From the NCBI GenBank assembly GCA_963799485.1, contig CAWCXJ010000005.1, positions 160,001-224,000 of the forward strand: a stretch of 64,000 nt of DNA. Direction: 5' to 3'. The position numbers were made by a program, and so were the translations under genes. Positions 29,497-39,394 of the stretch are shown piece after piece (the first letter of the stretch is position 1; each line of letters starts with the position of its first letter). The notes beneath the pieces were generated by a model, which was not told where the DNA came from, made no database searches, and saw only the letters and a list, made by a program, of their open reading frames with translations. This DNA is from an uncultured Trueperaceae bacterium (GTDB lineage Bacteria > Deinococcota > Deinococci > Deinococcales > Trueperaceae).

Positions 29497-30919
29497 AGTC
29501 CCGTTACCGATGCGCTTTGAAAGGGCAGCCAAACGCACCCTCGCCGACACGCAACTCCGCCGTAATCTGGGCAAAGCGACCACGACCATCCGGGAAAAAC
29601 GGGCGGCGGTCGTGTCCGAGCTGCCCGATTGGGAGGCGTTACGGGACGCAGGTGAGGCGATTAAAACGCAGGTCATGGCAAACTTGGACGGGTATTTGGA
29701 AGAGCTCGAGGCCGCCGTAACTCGGGCCGGGGGACACGTTCACTGGGCCAGGGACGCCGCCGAAGCCAACGAGCTGATTACGGCGTTGGTCGAACAGCAC
29801 GGGGCAAATGAAGTTATCAAGGTCAAGTCGATGGCAACGGATGAAATCGGTCTGAACGACGCGCTCGCGCAGGCCGGAGTTCAGGCCATCGAAACCGACT
29901 TAGCCGAACTCATCATCCAGCTCGCCGGTGAAACCTCGTCGCATATTCTGGTGCCTGCCATCCACAAAAACCGCGCCGAAATCCGTGAACTCTTTATGCG
30001 AACGCTGGGCTTACCCGAGTTGTCCGACGAACCTGCAGCGTTAGCAGGCGCAGCGCGGCGCTACTTGCGTGAGAAGTTTTTAAGCGTCCCGGTCGGGATC
30101 AGCGGCGCAAACTTTGCCGTAGCGGCGACCGGCACGGTCGGCGTCGTTGAATCCGAAGGCAACGGGCGGATGTGTTTGACGCTGCCCAAAGTCCTGATTT
30201 CGGTGATGGGCATCGAAAAACTCCTACCGACGTGGCGCGATTTAGAGGTCTTCTTACAACTTTTGCCGCGTTCCTCGACGGGTGAGCGGATGAACCCCTA
30301 CACCTCATTCTGGACGGGCGTGACACCGGGCGACGGGCCGCAGGAGTTTCACCTCGTGATGCTCGACAACGGACGCACCCGAGTTTTAGCCGATGAGGTC
30401 GGGCGGGCGGCGCTGCACTGTATCCGCTGCAGCGCGTGCTTAAACGTCTGCCCGGTGTACGAACGCGCGGGCGGACACGCTTACGGCTCGGTCTATCCGG
30501 GGCCGATTGGCGCAATCCTGACGCCGCAACTTAAAGGTGTCCAGAACGCCTCGTCGCTGCCGTTTGCGTCGTCACTGTGCGGTGCGTGCTACGAGGTCTG
30601 TCCGGTCAAGATTGATATTCCCAAGATTCTGGTGCATTTACGGGCCGAGGTGGTCGAACGAAAAGAAGGCAAACCGCTGAGGAGGCTCGAGCCCGAACGC
30701 CTAGCTATGATAGCCGCCGCAAAAATCTTCGCCGTCCCAAGCCGGTACGAGCGGGCGCAAAGGTTGGCGCGGACGGCGCAGGTCCCGTTTGTTCGCAGAG
30801 GGTTTTTAGAGCGTTTACCGGGGCCGCTCGCGGGGTGGTCGGCGACGCGCGATTTGAAGGCGGTTCCGAAAGAACCCTTTAGAGACTGGTGGCGCAAAAG
30901 ACCGCGTAGTGAGCAATGA
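29489..30919 (+). CDS. lutB: L-lactate utilisation Fe-S protein
   Basis: KSMATDEI, ETDLAE, ESEGN, CIRCSACLNVCPVY and LCGACYEVCPVKI motifs. Confidence 0.95.
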   Translation: MSKVPLPMRFERAAKRTLADTQLRRNLGKATTTIREKRAAVVSELPDWEALRDAGEAIKTQVMANLDGYLEELEAAVTRAGGHVHWARDAAEANELITALVEQHGANEVIKVKSMATDEIGLNDALAQAGVQAIETDLAELIIQLAGETSSHILVPAIHKNRAEIRELFMRTLGLPELSDEPAALAGAARRYLREKFLSVPVGISGANFAVAATGTVGVVESEGNGRMCLTLPKVLISVMGIEKLLPTWRDLEVFLQLLPRSSTGERMNPYTSFWTGVTPGDGPQEFHLVMLDNGRTRVLADEVGRAALHCIRCSACLNVCPVYERAGGHAYGSVYPGPIGAILTPQLKGVQNASSLPFASSLCGACYEVCPVKIDIPKILVHLRAEVVERKEGKPLRRLEPERLAMIAAAKIFAVPSRYERAQRLARTAQVPFVRRGFLERLPGPLAGWSATRDLKAVPKEPFRDWWRKRPRSEQ

Positions 30920-30929
30920 GTAACGAGCC

Positions 30930-31559
30930 ATGAGTGACGCTAAGACCGAGATTTTAAGCCGGATACGGGGCGCTTTAGGTGAACGTCGGAATGCGCCTGA
31001 GGTGGCGCGAGGCTACCTCCACACCTCAGGCTTGCCGCAAACCGAACTTGTCGAAATGTTTTCTGAGCGCACCACCGAATACCGTGCGACGGTCTACCGG
31101 ACGATCGAGGCCGAACTGAGTAAGAAAATCGCAGAAGTCTGCCGTTTACGCGGGGCAAAAACGCTCGTCGTTCCTGCCGACCTGCCGGATTCTTGGAGAG
31201 CTCGAGCTGTGCAGTTCATCCCCGACAACGGCCTGACGAACGCCGAACTGAGCGCCGCCGACGGCGTGCTGAGCGGGTGTGCGCTGGCGGTGGCGCAAAC
31301 CGGAACCCTCGTTCTAGACGGTGGTACGGCGCAGGGGCGGCGCGCTCTGACGCTCTTACCCGACCTGCACCTCTGCGTCGTCTTTACGCGTCAAATCGTC
31401 GGGACGGTGCCCGAGGCGGTTACGGCGTTGCAAGGTGCAGCAACCCGTCCCCTGACCTTGATTTCAGGGCCGTCGGCTACCTCGGACATCGAACTGAACC
31501 GGGTCGAAGGGGTTCACGGCCCGCGCACCCTAAATATCTTGCTCGTGGAGGAGACTTGA
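30930..31559 (+). CDS. lutC: Lactate utilisation protein C (LUD domain)
   Basis: GRRALTLLPDLH and ISGPSATSDIELNRVEGVHGP motifs. Confidence 0.9.
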   Translation: MSDAKTEILSRIRGALGERRNAPEVARGYLHTSGLPQTELVEMFSERTTEYRATVYRTIEAELSKKIAEVCRLRGAKTLVVPADLPDSWRARAVQFIPDNGLTNAELSAADGVLSGCALAVAQTGTLVLDGGTAQGRRALTLLPDLHLCVVFTRQIVGTVPEAVTALQGAATRPLTLISGPSATSDIELNRVEGVHGPRTLNILLVEET

Positions 31560-33733
31560 TGGATTTTCGGCACGTCAATTATTTGTGGGATGACGACAAG
31601 GCGGCGCAGTTAGGGCCGGTAGAACGGCTCGTCTACCGCTCGAACCTCTTAGGTCAAGACCAGCGCATTACGAATACAGGCGGCGGCAACACCTCGGCGA
31701 AACTCACCATGCGCGACCCGCTGACGGGCGAAGACGCCGAAATCTTATGGGTCAAAGGCTCCGGCGGCGACCTGAGGACGTCCAAACGCGAAAACTTCGC
31801 CTCGCTCTATCTGGAGAAGTTGGAGGCGCTTAAAAGTATCTACAACGCTGCGCCCGACAGGGGTGTCAAAACGCCCGTTGAAGACGAGATGGTGGGGCTG
31901 TACCCGCATACGGTTTACGGGCTGAACCCCAGGGCCTCGTCTATCGACACGCCGCTGCACGCCTTTATCCCTTTTAAGCACGTAGACCACACCCACCCGA
32001 ACGCCGTGATTGCCATCGCCGCGTCCGAAAACGGTGAGGCGCTGACCCGTGAGATTTACGGCGATGAAGTCGGCTGGATTGCGTGGCAGCGCCCCGGTTT
32101 CGACCTGGGTCTGAAGATGCAGGAGCTGGTGGAGCAAAACCCCAACCTTAAAGGTCTGGTGATGGGTCAGCACGGGCTTATCAACTGGGCGGGCGACGAC
32201 CGGGCGTGTTACGAGCTGACGCTGACGCTGATTGAAAAGGCGGCGCGGTTTATCGAGGCGCGGGACAAGGGTGCCGAGACGTTCGGCGGGCAGAAGGTGA
32301 AGGTACTCGAGGAAACAGACCGTAACGCCCTTTTACGGCGCGTTTTGCCCGTTTTACGGGGACTGGCTTCACAGGAAAACCGTTTTGTGGCAACCGTTGA
32401 GGCTCGGCCTGAAGTTTTAGAGTTCGTCTCGAGCCAAGACGCTCCCCGACTCGCCGAACTCGGGACGAGCTGCCCCGACCACTTCTTACGCACCAAAATC
32501 AAACCGCTGTACCTCGAGTGGACGCCGGACGACGGGGTGGACGCGCTGCGCGAGAAACTTCAACCAGCACTGGCAAGTTACCGTAAAGATTACGCCGCCT
32601 ACTACGAAAAATGTAAACACCCCGACTCACCGCCGCTGCGCGACCCCAACCCGACCGTTGTGCTAATTCCCGGCGTGGGCATGGTCGCTTTCGGTAAAAA
32701 CAAAAGTGAGTCTCGAGTCACCGCCGAGTTTTACACCTGCGCCGTCGCGGTGATGCGCGGTGCGGAGGCGGTCGGACGCTACCTCTCGCTACCCGCGCAA
32801 GAAGCGTTTGATATCGAATACTGGGCGTTGGAAGAAGCGAAACTCCGCCGGATGCCCGCCGAGCGTGAGTTCGCCCGGAGCGTCGTCGTCGTTGTCGGCG
32901 CAGGGAGCGGTATCGGTCGCGCCGTTGCGGAGCGCGTTGCGGCGGAGAGCGCACACATCGTCGCCGCCGACCTGAGTTTGGACGCGGCGCAGGCCACTGC
33001 AGATATTTTAACGGAGCGTTACGGCGTCGGTATCGGCGTTGCCGGGACAGGTATTTCAGGCTGCGGCCCGGCGCTCGGCCTACAGGTCGACGTGACGAAT
33101 CGCGCCAGTATCCAAGAGATGCTTGGACAAATTGTTTTAGCTTACGGCGGCGTTGACACTGTCATCGTCACAGCAGGCATCTTTATCTCACCCGACGCCA
33201 CTGGGCACATCCCCGATGAAGCCTGGGCGAAAACCTTCGGTATCAACGTCACGGGCGGCTACCTCGTCGCCGACGAGGCGCAGCGTATCTGGGCGGCGCA
33301 GGGCTTAAGCGGGAGTCTGGTGTTGACAACGAGTGTCAACGGTGCGGTGCCGAAAAAGGGCTCTTTGGCTTACGACACCTCGAAGGCGGCGGCGAATCAC
33401 CTGGTACGGGAGCTGGCTTTAGAGCTTTCCCCGCTCGTCCGGGTAAACGGCCTGGCCCCGGCAACCGTCGTCGAAGGCAGCGCGATGTTTCCCAGAGAGC
33501 GCGTGATTAGTTCTTTGACAAAGTACGATATTACGTTTTCTGAAGCCGAAGAAACTGAAGCGTTGCGCGACAAACTCTCCGCGTTTTACGCCGAACGCAC
33601 CCTTACAAAGTCGCCGATTACGCTTGCTGACCAAGCCGAGGCCGCTTACCTTTTGGCGAGCAGCAAGTTGTCTAAAACGACGGGGCAAATTATCAGTGTG
33701 GACGGCGGTTTGCCGGAGGCGTTTTTACGGTAA
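31559..33733 (+). CDS. Bifunctional rhamnulose-1-phosphate aldolase / short-chain dehydrogenase (RhaEW/YuxG type)
   Basis: RSNLLG...GGGNTSAK, VKGSGGDL, SIDTPLH, DHTHP, CPDHFLRTK and FDIEYWALEEAKL, then an SDR domain (GAGSGIG, YDTSK). Start at ATG 31559 via a TGATG overlap. Confidence 0.92.
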   Translation: MDFRHVNYLWDDDKAAQLGPVERLVYRSNLLGQDQRITNTGGGNTSAKLTMRDPLTGEDAEILWVKGSGGDLRTSKRENFASLYLEKLEALKSIYNAAPDRGVKTPVEDEMVGLYPHTVYGLNPRASSIDTPLHAFIPFKHVDHTHPNAVIAIAASENGEALTREIYGDEVGWIAWQRPGFDLGLKMQELVEQNPNLKGLVMGQHGLINWAGDDRACYELTLTLIEKAARFIEARDKGAETFGGQKVKVLEETDRNALLRRVLPVLRGLASQENRFVATVEARPEVLEFVSSQDAPRLAELGTSCPDHFLRTKIKPLYLEWTPDDGVDALREKLQPALASYRKDYAAYYEKCKHPDSPPLRDPNPTVVLIPGVGMVAFGKNKSESRVTAEFYTCAVAVMRGAEAVGRYLSLPAQEAFDIEYWALEEAKLRRMPAEREFARSVVVVVGAGSGIGRAVAERVAAESAHIVAADLSLDAAQATADILTERYGVGIGVAGTGISGCGPALGLQVDVTNRASIQEMLGQIVLAYGGVDTVIVTAGIFISPDATGHIPDEAWAKTFGINVTGGYLVADEAQRIWAAQGLSGSLVLTTSVNGAVPKKGSLAYDTSKAAANHLVRELALELSPLVRVNGLAPATVVEGSAMFPRERVISSLTKYDITFSEAEETEALRDKLSAFYAERTLTKSPITLADQAEAAYLLASSKLSKTTGQIISVDGGLPEAFLR

Positions 33734-33807
33734 AAGCAACGAGCAATTGGTGATGAGCAATGAGTAAAGCCCCTTCTCACTGCTCGTTGCTCGGTACTCA
33801 TTGCTTT
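33733..33807. repeat. Inverted array of degenerate heptamers forming a long hairpin
   Basis: AGCAACG AGCAATT GGTGATG AGCAATG AGTAAAG on the left arm; the right arm reverse-complements to AGCAATG AGTACCG AGCAACG AGCAGTG. Confidence 0.65.
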
Positions 33808-33817
33808 AAGATAGCCT

Positions 33818-34687
33818 ATGAAACTCGCATGGATAGGTCTCGGCACGATGGGCGCGCCGATGGCGCAGCGTTTGATTGACGCAGGGCTCGAGGTAACGGT
33901 TTACAACCGTACCCAAAAACGCGAAGAAAACGTTACGGGGGCGAAGCGGGCCGACAGCCCCCAAGGGGCCGCATCAGACTGTGACGCCGTGTTTACGATG
34001 GTCAGCGACACGCCGGACGCCGAAGCCGTGATTGCCGGTGAAGGGGGCGCACTTTACGGTATGAAACCCGGCAGCGTGCTGGTAGACATGAGCACCATCA
34101 GCCCCGCTGTGACGCAAAGCTTAGCCGCGCAGCTCGCTGAAAAAGGTATAGAGATGCTCGACGCGCCTGTTTCGGGCGGCAGCGAAGGCGCGCAAAAAGG
34201 TACGCTCGCGGTGATGGTCGGGGGTAAAGCTGAGGTTTTAGAGCGCGTTCAGGACGTGCTTTCACACCTCGCTAAAACTGTGACTTATGTGGGGCCGTCC
34301 GGGAGTGGGCAGCTTGTCAAGGCTATCAACCAGGTGGTGATTGCCGGGACATATGCAGCGGTTGCTGAGGGGATGGCGCTCGGCCTCGCCGCAGATTTGG
34401 ATATGGACGCGGTGGTTTCGGCGATTGCGGGTGGTGCGGCGGGCTCGTGGGTGTTAGAAAACCGCTCCGGCAACATGATTCGCGGTGAGTATCCGCTCGG
34501 GTTTCGGACACGGCTGCACCGTAAAGATTTGGGGATTGCGCTCTCGGCGGCGCGGGATTTAGGGGTGCCGCTTCAGGTTACGGCGCTTGTAGAACAGCTC
34601 GAGACCGGCCTTATCAAACGGGGTTACGGCGACGAAGACGTGTCGAATATCGCCCGAGCGGTGCGGGAGAGTGCGGGGCTCAAGTGA
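33818..34687 (+). CDS. NAD(P)-dependent beta-hydroxyacid dehydrogenase (3-hydroxyisobutyrate DH / tartronate semialdehyde reductase family)
   Basis: IGLGTMGAPMA, DMSTISP, DAPVSGG, KAINQ and KDL motifs. Confidence 0.92.
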   Translation: MKLAWIGLGTMGAPMAQRLIDAGLEVTVYNRTQKREENVTGAKRADSPQGAASDCDAVFTMVSDTPDAEAVIAGEGGALYGMKPGSVLVDMSTISPAVTQSLAAQLAEKGIEMLDAPVSGGSEGAQKGTLAVMVGGKAEVLERVQDVLSHLAKTVTYVGPSGSGQLVKAINQVVIAGTYAAVAEGMALGLAADLDMDAVVSAIAGGAAGSWVLENRSGNMIRGEYPLGFRTRLHRKDLGIALSAARDLGVPLQVTALVEQLETGLIKRGYGDEDVSNIARAVRESAGLK

Positions 34688-35216
34688 ATTTGGGCGAAGC
34701 TTACCTGTCTGACGTTCGGAACCGTTTCATCAGCCTGAAGAAGCTGGCGGACGATGCGCTGAAACAAGCCGACGCCGACTTTTTTACGGTCTTGGGGCCG
34801 GAAGATAACTCTCTGGCAGTTATCGTCAAGCATATGAGCGGGAATATGGTGTCGCGTTGGGGCAATTTGAGCGAGGATGGGGAGAGTAAAAGTAGAGACC
34901 GCGACGCCGAGTTTATCATTTCGGAAAGCCGGGATGATTTACTCGCACGGTGGGAAAACGGTTGGGATACGCTGTTTGGGGCGCTCGAGTCGCTCAACCC
35001 CGACAAGTTGTTAGACACCGTAAAAATTCGCGGCGAAGCACACACGATATGGCCGCCGTAAACCGGCAGCTAAGCCACTACGCCTATCATGTAGGCCAAA
35101 TCGTCTTTCTCGCCAAGCATTTTCGGGGTGAGGCGTGGGCGAGTTTGAGTATTCCGCGCGGGGAGTCGGCAGCGTTTAACGAGAAGATGCTCGAGAGGAA
35201 TGACAAAACAATTTAG
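34684..35216 (+). pseudogene. DUF1572/DinB-like protein, frameshifted near 35050 (pseudogene or sequencing error)
   Basis: NSLAVIVKHMSGNMVSRW...RDRDAEF in one frame continues as MAAVNRQLSHYAYHVGQIV...SLSIPRG in another. One added base restores the frame. Confidence 0.8.
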
Positions 35217-35225
35217 AGGTTCTGT

Positions 35226-36647
35226 CTACTGGATAGATTGTAAGTCAGCCATTGTAGGAAGGTCGGCCTCCGTAATAGCAGACAGGTTTTCTTCAGTGAT
35301 GTCGGTTATCGTCACGATGCGATTCGCTTGGTTACTGAGCGTCATTTCAAAGAGGTTTCTGGCAAATCTTGCGTTACCAAAAGTTTCATCTCGAGTTTCG
35401 TAAAAAGTGGCGAAGAGTTGAAGTAAAGCGTCTCTCGCTGCTTGCTCCATATGGTAATCGGCGTTTTTGCAAAATAACTCAAAAATTTCAACCAGCTGCA
35501 TTGGGCTGTAGTCTTCAAAGCTCAAGTACTTGTTGAAGCGTGAGCGTAAACCTGGATTAGAAGACAGAAAGGCGCTCATCTTGTCGGTGTAGCCAGCGAC
35601 AATAACGATGAAGTCATCACGCTTGTCCTCCATAGCTTTGAGTAAGGTATCAATAGCCTCCTGCCCGTAATCTTGCCCACTTCCCGAATTTAGGGCATAC
35701 GCTTCGTCAATGAACAGAACACCACCGAGGGCGCTTTCTATAACTTCTGTGGTTTTTAACGCCGTCTGGCCTATATAGCCTGCGACGAGGCCGGAACGGT
35801 CTGTTTCTACTGCGTGCCCCTTGCTCAATATGCCCAGTGACTTATAAATTTGGGCCAAAAGCCGCGCAATAGTGGTTTTTCCGGTGCCTGGATTCCCGTA
35901 AAAGACCAAGTGGCGAGATACAGGCTGTACGCCCAAACCTTTAGACTGCCGGATCTGCTGAACTTTCAAAAAGTTCACAAGCTGTGCCACATCACCTTTA
36001 ACGCGCTCGAGGCCAACAAGAGCATTCAACTCACCAAGTAGTCCGTCAAGGCTGTGGGGGACTCCTTCGGTGGAGCTTGCAATTTCGTTTGTGACTTCAG
36101 TAGGTTTGCCGGATATGTTGCTGTAATTTGAATCCGCCCCATACAGAACATTCTTGAACTTGAGTAGCGCAGCTTCTTCGGTGCGTGTGAGTTTGCCGTC
36201 GGCTTTGACTATGGTGTTAGCGTATCGAAAATACACCGCTCTAGCAATTTCAACACAATCAGTGCCACGCACTTGGTCGTAAACTTCGAGAAAACCCATC
36301 GCTTGTGGCATTTCAGGTGTTCTATAAGAGTCAGGGTTATCTATATACAAGTTTCGGAGCATCGTTTGATGTTGACTTCTTGTCCAATGGCTCGTGTCAA
36401 CCGGAGAAATATTCATAAACTGATTTACATCTGCCAAAATACCAGCCTCATCGTCTGAAATATCTCCGTCTATGGCTGAAAAATACATGCCCACATTGAA
36501 AAGAGACAGAGCCATGATTTTCCAGCCGTCAACATTTGCATTAGACATTTGCCTTGCATGAATTACCAAATCTATTTTGTCAGCTAAATCTCCCACCGTA
36601 TCTTTCAAATGGCTGATTATCTCGTGACTGTTAGCATGAAGAGACAC
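35226..36647 (-). CDS. CbbX/SpoVK-family AAA+ ATPase with a TerB-like N-terminal region
   Basis: LVGLERVK, HLVFYGNPGTGKTT, LVAGYIGQTA, GGVLFIDEAY, SNPGLRSRF and FGNARFARN motifs. N-terminal IDGDISDDEA and ADGKLTRTEE. GTG start after AGGAG; visibly lower GC than the flanks. Confidence 0.85.
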   Translation of the reverse strand: MSLHANSHEIISHLKDTVGDLADKIDLVIHARQMSNANVDGWKIMALSLFNVGMYFSAIDGDISDDEAGILADVNQFMNISPVDTSHWTRSQHQTMLRNLYIDNPDSYRTPEMPQAMGFLEVYDQVRGTDCVEIARAVYFRYANTIVKADGKLTRTEEAALLKFKNVLYGADSNYSNISGKPTEVTNEIASSTEGVPHSLDGLLGELNALVGLERVKGDVAQLVNFLKVQQIRQSKGLGVQPVSRHLVFYGNPGTGKTTIARLLAQIYKSLGILSKGHAVETDRSGLVAGYIGQTALKTTEVIESALGGVLFIDEAYALNSGSGQDYGQEAIDTLLKAMEDKRDDFIVIVAGYTDKMSAFLSSNPGLRSRFNKYLSFEDYSPMQLVEIFELFCKNADYHMEQAARDALLQLFATFYETRDETFGNARFARNLFEMTLSNQANRIVTITDITEENLSAITEADLPTMADLQSIQ

Positions 36648-36784
36648 GGTAGCTCCTAACGTGAATTGCCATAACAAATCATAACTTATGCAAGGGTGGT
36701 AAAGACTGGGGTCTCGGGTTTATCGTTAATTTTTTGCAAGCTGTAGCCTTGACAGACCCCACATCCCGGCACGACGATTGACAT

Positions 36785-38119
36785 ATGACACTCGCTATCC
36801 CGCCCCGCGTTCCCGGACATCCGATTTTGGGCAACCTGCCCGCTTACCGTGACAACCCACTCACCTTCGGTCGTAAAGTCTCCGCCGAATACGGCGACGT
36901 GGTGGATTTACGCGTTTTCCACCGCCGCATTTTCTTGCTCTCTCGCCCTGAACATATCCATCAGGTCTTGGTGAAAGACGCCCACAAGTTTCACAAATCG
37001 CCGGTCTACCGGATATTTCTGGGCCGTGCGCTCGGTGAAGGATTGTTGACCAGCGAGGGCGACTTCTGGCGGCGGCAGCGCAAACTGGCGCAACCGGCGT
37101 TTCATCACGGGCGGATTCAGAGCTACGCCGAAACGATGACCGACTACGCGGACGCGACCGCCAAGCGTTGGGCGGGGCAGGAGACCGTTCAGGTGGGGCA
37201 AGAGATGGCTAGGTTGACGCTCGAGGTCGTCTGCCGCACGCTTTTCAGCACCGATATCCGCGGTCAGGCCGACCGTATCGGGCACGCCCTCACAGAACTT
37301 CTGGAAGCCGTCACCGAAGCGACCGGCGCGCCGGTCTTTCTCCCCGAGTGGTTGCCGACCCGGAACAACCGCCGCATCCGGCGCGGCGTCGCCGAACTCG
37401 ACAGCGTGATTATGCCGCTGATCGAAGAGCGCAGACGGCGTGGTGACGACACCGGCGACCTCTTGTCGATGTTGCTGTTGGCCCGCGACGAAGACGGCAA
37501 CGGTATGAGCGATCAGCAAGTCCGTGACGAGGCCGTAACTATCGTGCTAGCCGGACACGAAACCACCGCGAACGCGCTCACATGGGCGTGGACGCTGCTG
37601 GCGCAGCACCCGGAAGTCGAAGCGAAACTGCATGAAGAGCTCGCTGAGGTCTTGGGGGGCGACTTGCCGAGTCTGGAACACGTCCGGCAACTCACCTATA
37701 CCGATATGATCATCAAAGAGACGATGCGCCTCTACCCGCCCATCCCCGAGTTCGGGCGGCAGGCGCAAGAAGACGTGCAGCTCGGAGATTACGCGGTTCC
37801 GGCGGGTACGATTATCATCGTCCCGGTCTACGCGGTTCACCACGACGCCCGCTGGTTCGACGAGCCGGATACGTTTCGCCCGGAACGCTTCGCTAAAGAG
37901 GCCGCTGCTACGCTGCCCAAGTTCGCGTATCTGCCCTTTAGCGGCGGGCCGCGCGTGTGTATCGGCAACAGTTTCGCGCAGATGGAAGCGGTGCTGCTCC
38001 TAGCGACGCTGGCGCAGCGCTACCGGCTCAGCTTGGAACCGGGTCAGACCGTCACGCCTGAAGCGACGCTGACGTTGCGGCCCAAAGAAAATCTGACGAT
38101 GCACCTGTCTGCACGTTGA
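36785..38119 (+). CDS. Cytochrome P450
   Basis: AGHETT, ETMRLYPP, FRPERF and the heme motif FSGGPRVCIG. Confidence 0.97.
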   Translation: MTLAIPPRVPGHPILGNLPAYRDNPLTFGRKVSAEYGDVVDLRVFHRRIFLLSRPEHIHQVLVKDAHKFHKSPVYRIFLGRALGEGLLTSEGDFWRRQRKLAQPAFHHGRIQSYAETMTDYADATAKRWAGQETVQVGQEMARLTLEVVCRTLFSTDIRGQADRIGHALTELLEAVTEATGAPVFLPEWLPTRNNRRIRRGVAELDSVIMPLIEERRRRGDDTGDLLSMLLLARDEDGNGMSDQQVRDEAVTIVLAGHETTANALTWAWTLLAQHPEVEAKLHEELAEVLGGDLPSLEHVRQLTYTDMIIKETMRLYPPIPEFGRQAQEDVQLGDYAVPAGTIIIVPVYAVHHDARWFDEPDTFRPERFAKEAAATLPKFAYLPFSGGPRVCIGNSFAQMEAVLLLATLAQRYRLSLEPGQTVTPEATLTLRPKENLTMHLSAR

Positions 38120-38120
38120 C

Positions 38121-38843
38121 CTAGCGTTGCGCGACCACCCAGATACGTTCATCTTCGCCTGTGGCAGCGTAACCGTGCGGATAGGTCAAAATCTGCACCT
38201 TGCCGAACCCTGCGGCTGCCAGGAGCGTTCTAAGTTCGGCAGGGTCGTAGGGGCGCTCGAGATGCACCTCCGTAAAACTCCGCGCGCCCTTTTCGCAGTA
38301 CGCGACGACTTTGGCAAGACCGGTCTCCTCGTCGAACGAATGCGTCCAGAGGTAGTACACATCGTCTACCCAGCCCTCGGCGCGGTCGTCTTCCCAGAGA
38401 TTGCGTAAACCCACAGTGGTATTTACATCGAAGATAAACAGGCCACCGGATTTCAGGTGCCCCAAAACCCGTTCGGCGCAGCGGCGAAAGTCTCGAGGGT
38501 CTAACAGGTTGTTGAGCGAATCGAAAACCGATACCACGAGGTCGAAGGTCTCGCTTAGCTTAAATGCCGTAAAGTCAGCCTGTACAAACGTCGCTTCAGG
38601 GAATTTGGTACGGGCGACAGCGAGCATCTCGGCGGATAAATCTACACCCGTTACAGCTAGACCTGCTTCGATAAACGGTTCCGACGAATTGCCCGTACCG
38701 CAGCCCAAATCGAGGATGCTCCGAACTTCGCTGCCCGCGCCGAGCGCGACGTCCAAAATAAAGTCCGCCCACGCGCCGTACTCTACGTCGCTCATAATCG
38801 CGTCGTAGACCTCGGCCAAAAGGCTGAACGGTTCTGCCTGCAC
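38121..38843 (-). CDS. Class I SAM-dependent methyltransferase
   Basis: ILDLGCGTG, GVDLSAEML, FDSLNNL and GGLFIFD motifs. Confidence 0.92.
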   Translation of the reverse strand: MQAEPFSLLAEVYDAIMSDVEYGAWADFILDVALGAGSEVRSILDLGCGTGNSSEPFIEAGLAVTGVDLSAEMLAVARTKFPEATFVQADFTAFKLSETFDLVVSVFDSLNNLLDPRDFRRCAERVLGHLKSGGLFIFDVNTTVGLRNLWEDDRAEGWVDDVYYLWTHSFDEETGLAKVVAYCEKGARSFTEVHLERPYDPAELRTLLAAAGFGKVQILTYPHGYAATGEDERIWVVAQR

Positions 38844-38923
38844 AGCTAAGTATAATCGCCTGTAACGTCGCGCCGGCTTTTTGGCTATCAGCTGCCTTTT
38901 TTACGGCGCGAACCGGAGGAATT

Positions 38924-39394
38924 ATGATCGAACCTCGAGATTTTCGTAACGCTTTAGGCCGTTTTGCCAGCGGCGTCACGGTCGTCACCATACCCGACGA
39001 CAATGAACCCGCCGGTGTTCGCGGCATCACCGCCAACGCGTTCGTGTCGGTGTCGTTGTCGCCGCCCCTAGTCCTCGTGTCTATCGGGAAAAACGCCAGA
39101 GCGCACCTTCCCTTGATGAGCGCCGAGCGTTACGGCGTGAGCATCCTGAGCGACTCGCAGGCGGACGTCAGCGACCACTTTGCCGGACGCGCTGAAGAAA
39201 ACGTCACGCCCGAGTTCACCGAACTCGACGGGTTTACGGTGCTCGCGGGAGCCGCCGCGCACCTCGTTTGCCGCGTTTTCGAGCAGCACGAAGCGGGCGA
39301 CCACACGCTCTTTATCGGTGAGGTCGAGGCGCTGGACGTTCACGAAGAAGCGCCCCTGATCTATTTCCGGGGCAAGTACGAGGGGCTCGCATGA
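38924..39394 (+). CDS. Flavin reductase family protein
   Basis: FRNALGRFASGVTVVT, SVSLSPPLVL and GDHTLFIGEV motifs. Confidence 0.93.
   Translation: MIEPRDFRNALGRFASGVTVVTIPDDNEPAGVRGITANAFVSVSLSPPLVLVSIGKNARAHLPLMSAERYGVSILSDSQADVSDHFAGRAEENVTPEFTELDGFTVLAGAAAHLVCRVFEQHEAGDHTLFIGEVEALDVHEEAPLIYFRGKYEGLA

Noticed and set aside
31193..31558. 122-aa N-terminal extension of the aldolase/dehydrogenase
   Set aside because: It overlaps lutC; the true ATG at 31559 has a GGAGGAG RBS and TGATG coupling.
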